Shown piece by piece: positions 63,057 through 64,000 of a DNA stretch of 64,000 nucleotides; within the stretch, counting starts at the first letter, position 1, and every line of letters begins with the position of its first letter. The stretch covers positions 448,001-512,000 of the forward strand of contig CAXXVO010000007.1 of NCBI GenBank assembly GCA_963422645.2. Reading direction: 5' to 3'. The stretch comes from Alphaproteobacteria bacterium. GTDB taxonomy: Bacteria > Pseudomonadota > Alphaproteobacteria > UBA828. Made by a program: the position numbers and the translations under genes. The notes below the pieces were generated by a model, which was not told where the DNA came from, searched no databases, and saw only the letters and a program-made list of their open reading frames with translations.

Positions 63057-63947
63057 CTAGAACACCCGACCCCGGAAGAGCCCGCTCGGCCGCCAGATCA
63101 GGATCGCGACCATGATCGCGAAGGCCACTCCGGTCTTGTAGCCCGGCGGGACGAGGGCGTCGGTGCCGATCCACGGGTAGGTGGAAAGCTCCTCGACGAG
63201 GCCGATCACCAGCCCCCCCGCCATCGCGCCGTAGGGCCGCCCGATTCCCCCAAGCAGGGCGGCGGCGAAGATCGGCAGCAGCAGCTTGAAGCCCAGCTGC
63301 GATTCGATGTGGGTGTCGTAGGCGAGGAAGACCCCGGCCGCGGCCGCAAGCCCCGCGCCGACGATCCAGGTGGTGAGGATCACCCGCTCGGTATCGATGC
63401 CGGTGAGCCGGGCGAGGTCGGGCGAGTCGGCCATTGCGCGCATCGCCTTGCCGGCCCGGCTACGGGTGAGCAGCAGGTGCACAGCCAGCATCAGGACCAG
63501 GGCGGCGCCGACGATGGTGACACGCTTGGGGAAGACGCGCAGCGCGTCGAAGAATATCCAGGGAAGTTGGATACCCGGACCGAAGGATTGGAGCTTCGCG
63601 CCCCAGATGAGCTGCACGAGAGAGCGCACCATCAACATCAGCCCGAAGGAGGAAATCACGAGGATGATGGTCGAGCCGTGGCGGAGAGGCCGGAAGAAGA
63701 GCCGATCCAGGCCGAGCACCGCGAGTGCGGTAAGCGCCATCGCCAGGGGAAGGACGGCGAAGGGGTGCCAGCCGGTGAAGGAGGCGAGCGAGAGGGCGAT
63801 GAAGGCGCCGAGCGTCATCGTCTCCCCGTGCGCGAAGTTCGCAAAGCGCAGGATCCCGAAGGTGAGGGTCACGCCGATCGCGCCGAGCGCGTAGATGCTG
63901 CCGAGCACCAGGCCCGGAATCAGGTAGAAGTTGAGGAACTCGATCAC
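63057..63947 (-). CDS. Liv-type ABC permease (LivH-like)
   Basis: GSIYALGAIG, NFAHGE, GKAMRAMAD, LLGGIG. Confidence 0.9.
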   Translation of the reverse strand: MIEFLNFYLIPGLVLGSIYALGAIGVTLTFGILRFANFAHGETMTLGAFIALSLASFTGWHPFAVLPLAMALTALAVLGLDRLFFRPLRHGSTIILVISSFGLMLMVRSLVQLIWGAKLQSFGPGIQLPWIFFDALRVFPKRVTIVGAALVLMLAVHLLLTRSRAGKAMRAMADSPDLARLTGIDTERVILTTWIVGAGLAAAAGVFLAYDTHIESQLGFKLLLPIFAAALLGGIGRPYGAMAGGLVIGLVEELSTYPWIGTDALVPPGYKTGVAFAIMVAILIWRPSGLFRGRVF

Positions 63948-64000
63948 GGTGCGCCCGCCCCCGGCGCGGGACCGCCTTCACCCGCGTCCGTGTCGTCGCC

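Overview
GC-rich alphaproteobacterial chromosome segment. The assignment rests on a two-piece permuted tmRNA with tag ANDNEVALAA, an alpha-type SspB, the thyX-ssrA-sspB-fumC order and the uvrC-pgsA-mobB-moeA-moaD-moaE order. Bases 1-7074 are the visibly lower-GC end of a defence island: a >1800-aa PD-(D/E)xK nuclease plus HerA/FtsK-type ATPase (DndH/DptH-like), a tightly coupled short HhH-GPD [4Fe-4S] glycosylase resembling T:G mismatch glycosylases, and an IS-truncated HEPN-like gene. Bases 7075-29007 are bracketed by inverted copies of the right end of one IS66 element. This block carries oxidoreductases, a dihydropyrimidinase, a flavin monooxygenase and a complete ureABCEFGD operon whose UreC keeps all Ni ligands but has a remodelled substrate pocket. 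It continues with a CE4 hydrolase, a CxxC protein, a COG0523 GTPase and a dehydrogenase, then two abutted single-ORF IS66 elements, one carrying a DNA adenine methyltransferase inside its TIRs. Bases 29008-31770 hold a DUF262 gene broken by an IS3 that is itself broken by an IS630. Bases 31800-64000 are mostly core or metabolic genes (ilvE, MarR/OmpR/EnvZ-like regulators, proC, gpt, coxDE-like, a sugar-type ABC transporter, fumC, an aromatic amino acid decarboxylase, sspB, tmRNA, thyX with a 34-aa insertion, Moco genes, pgsA, uvrC, a Liv-type ABC transporter). The best candidates for undescribed biology are the divergent urease-like operon with its accessory hydrolase/metallochaperone genes, the MTase-carrying IS66, and the DptH-like/mismatch-glycosylase defence module. 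All calls come from motif recognition by eye; no database searches were run.
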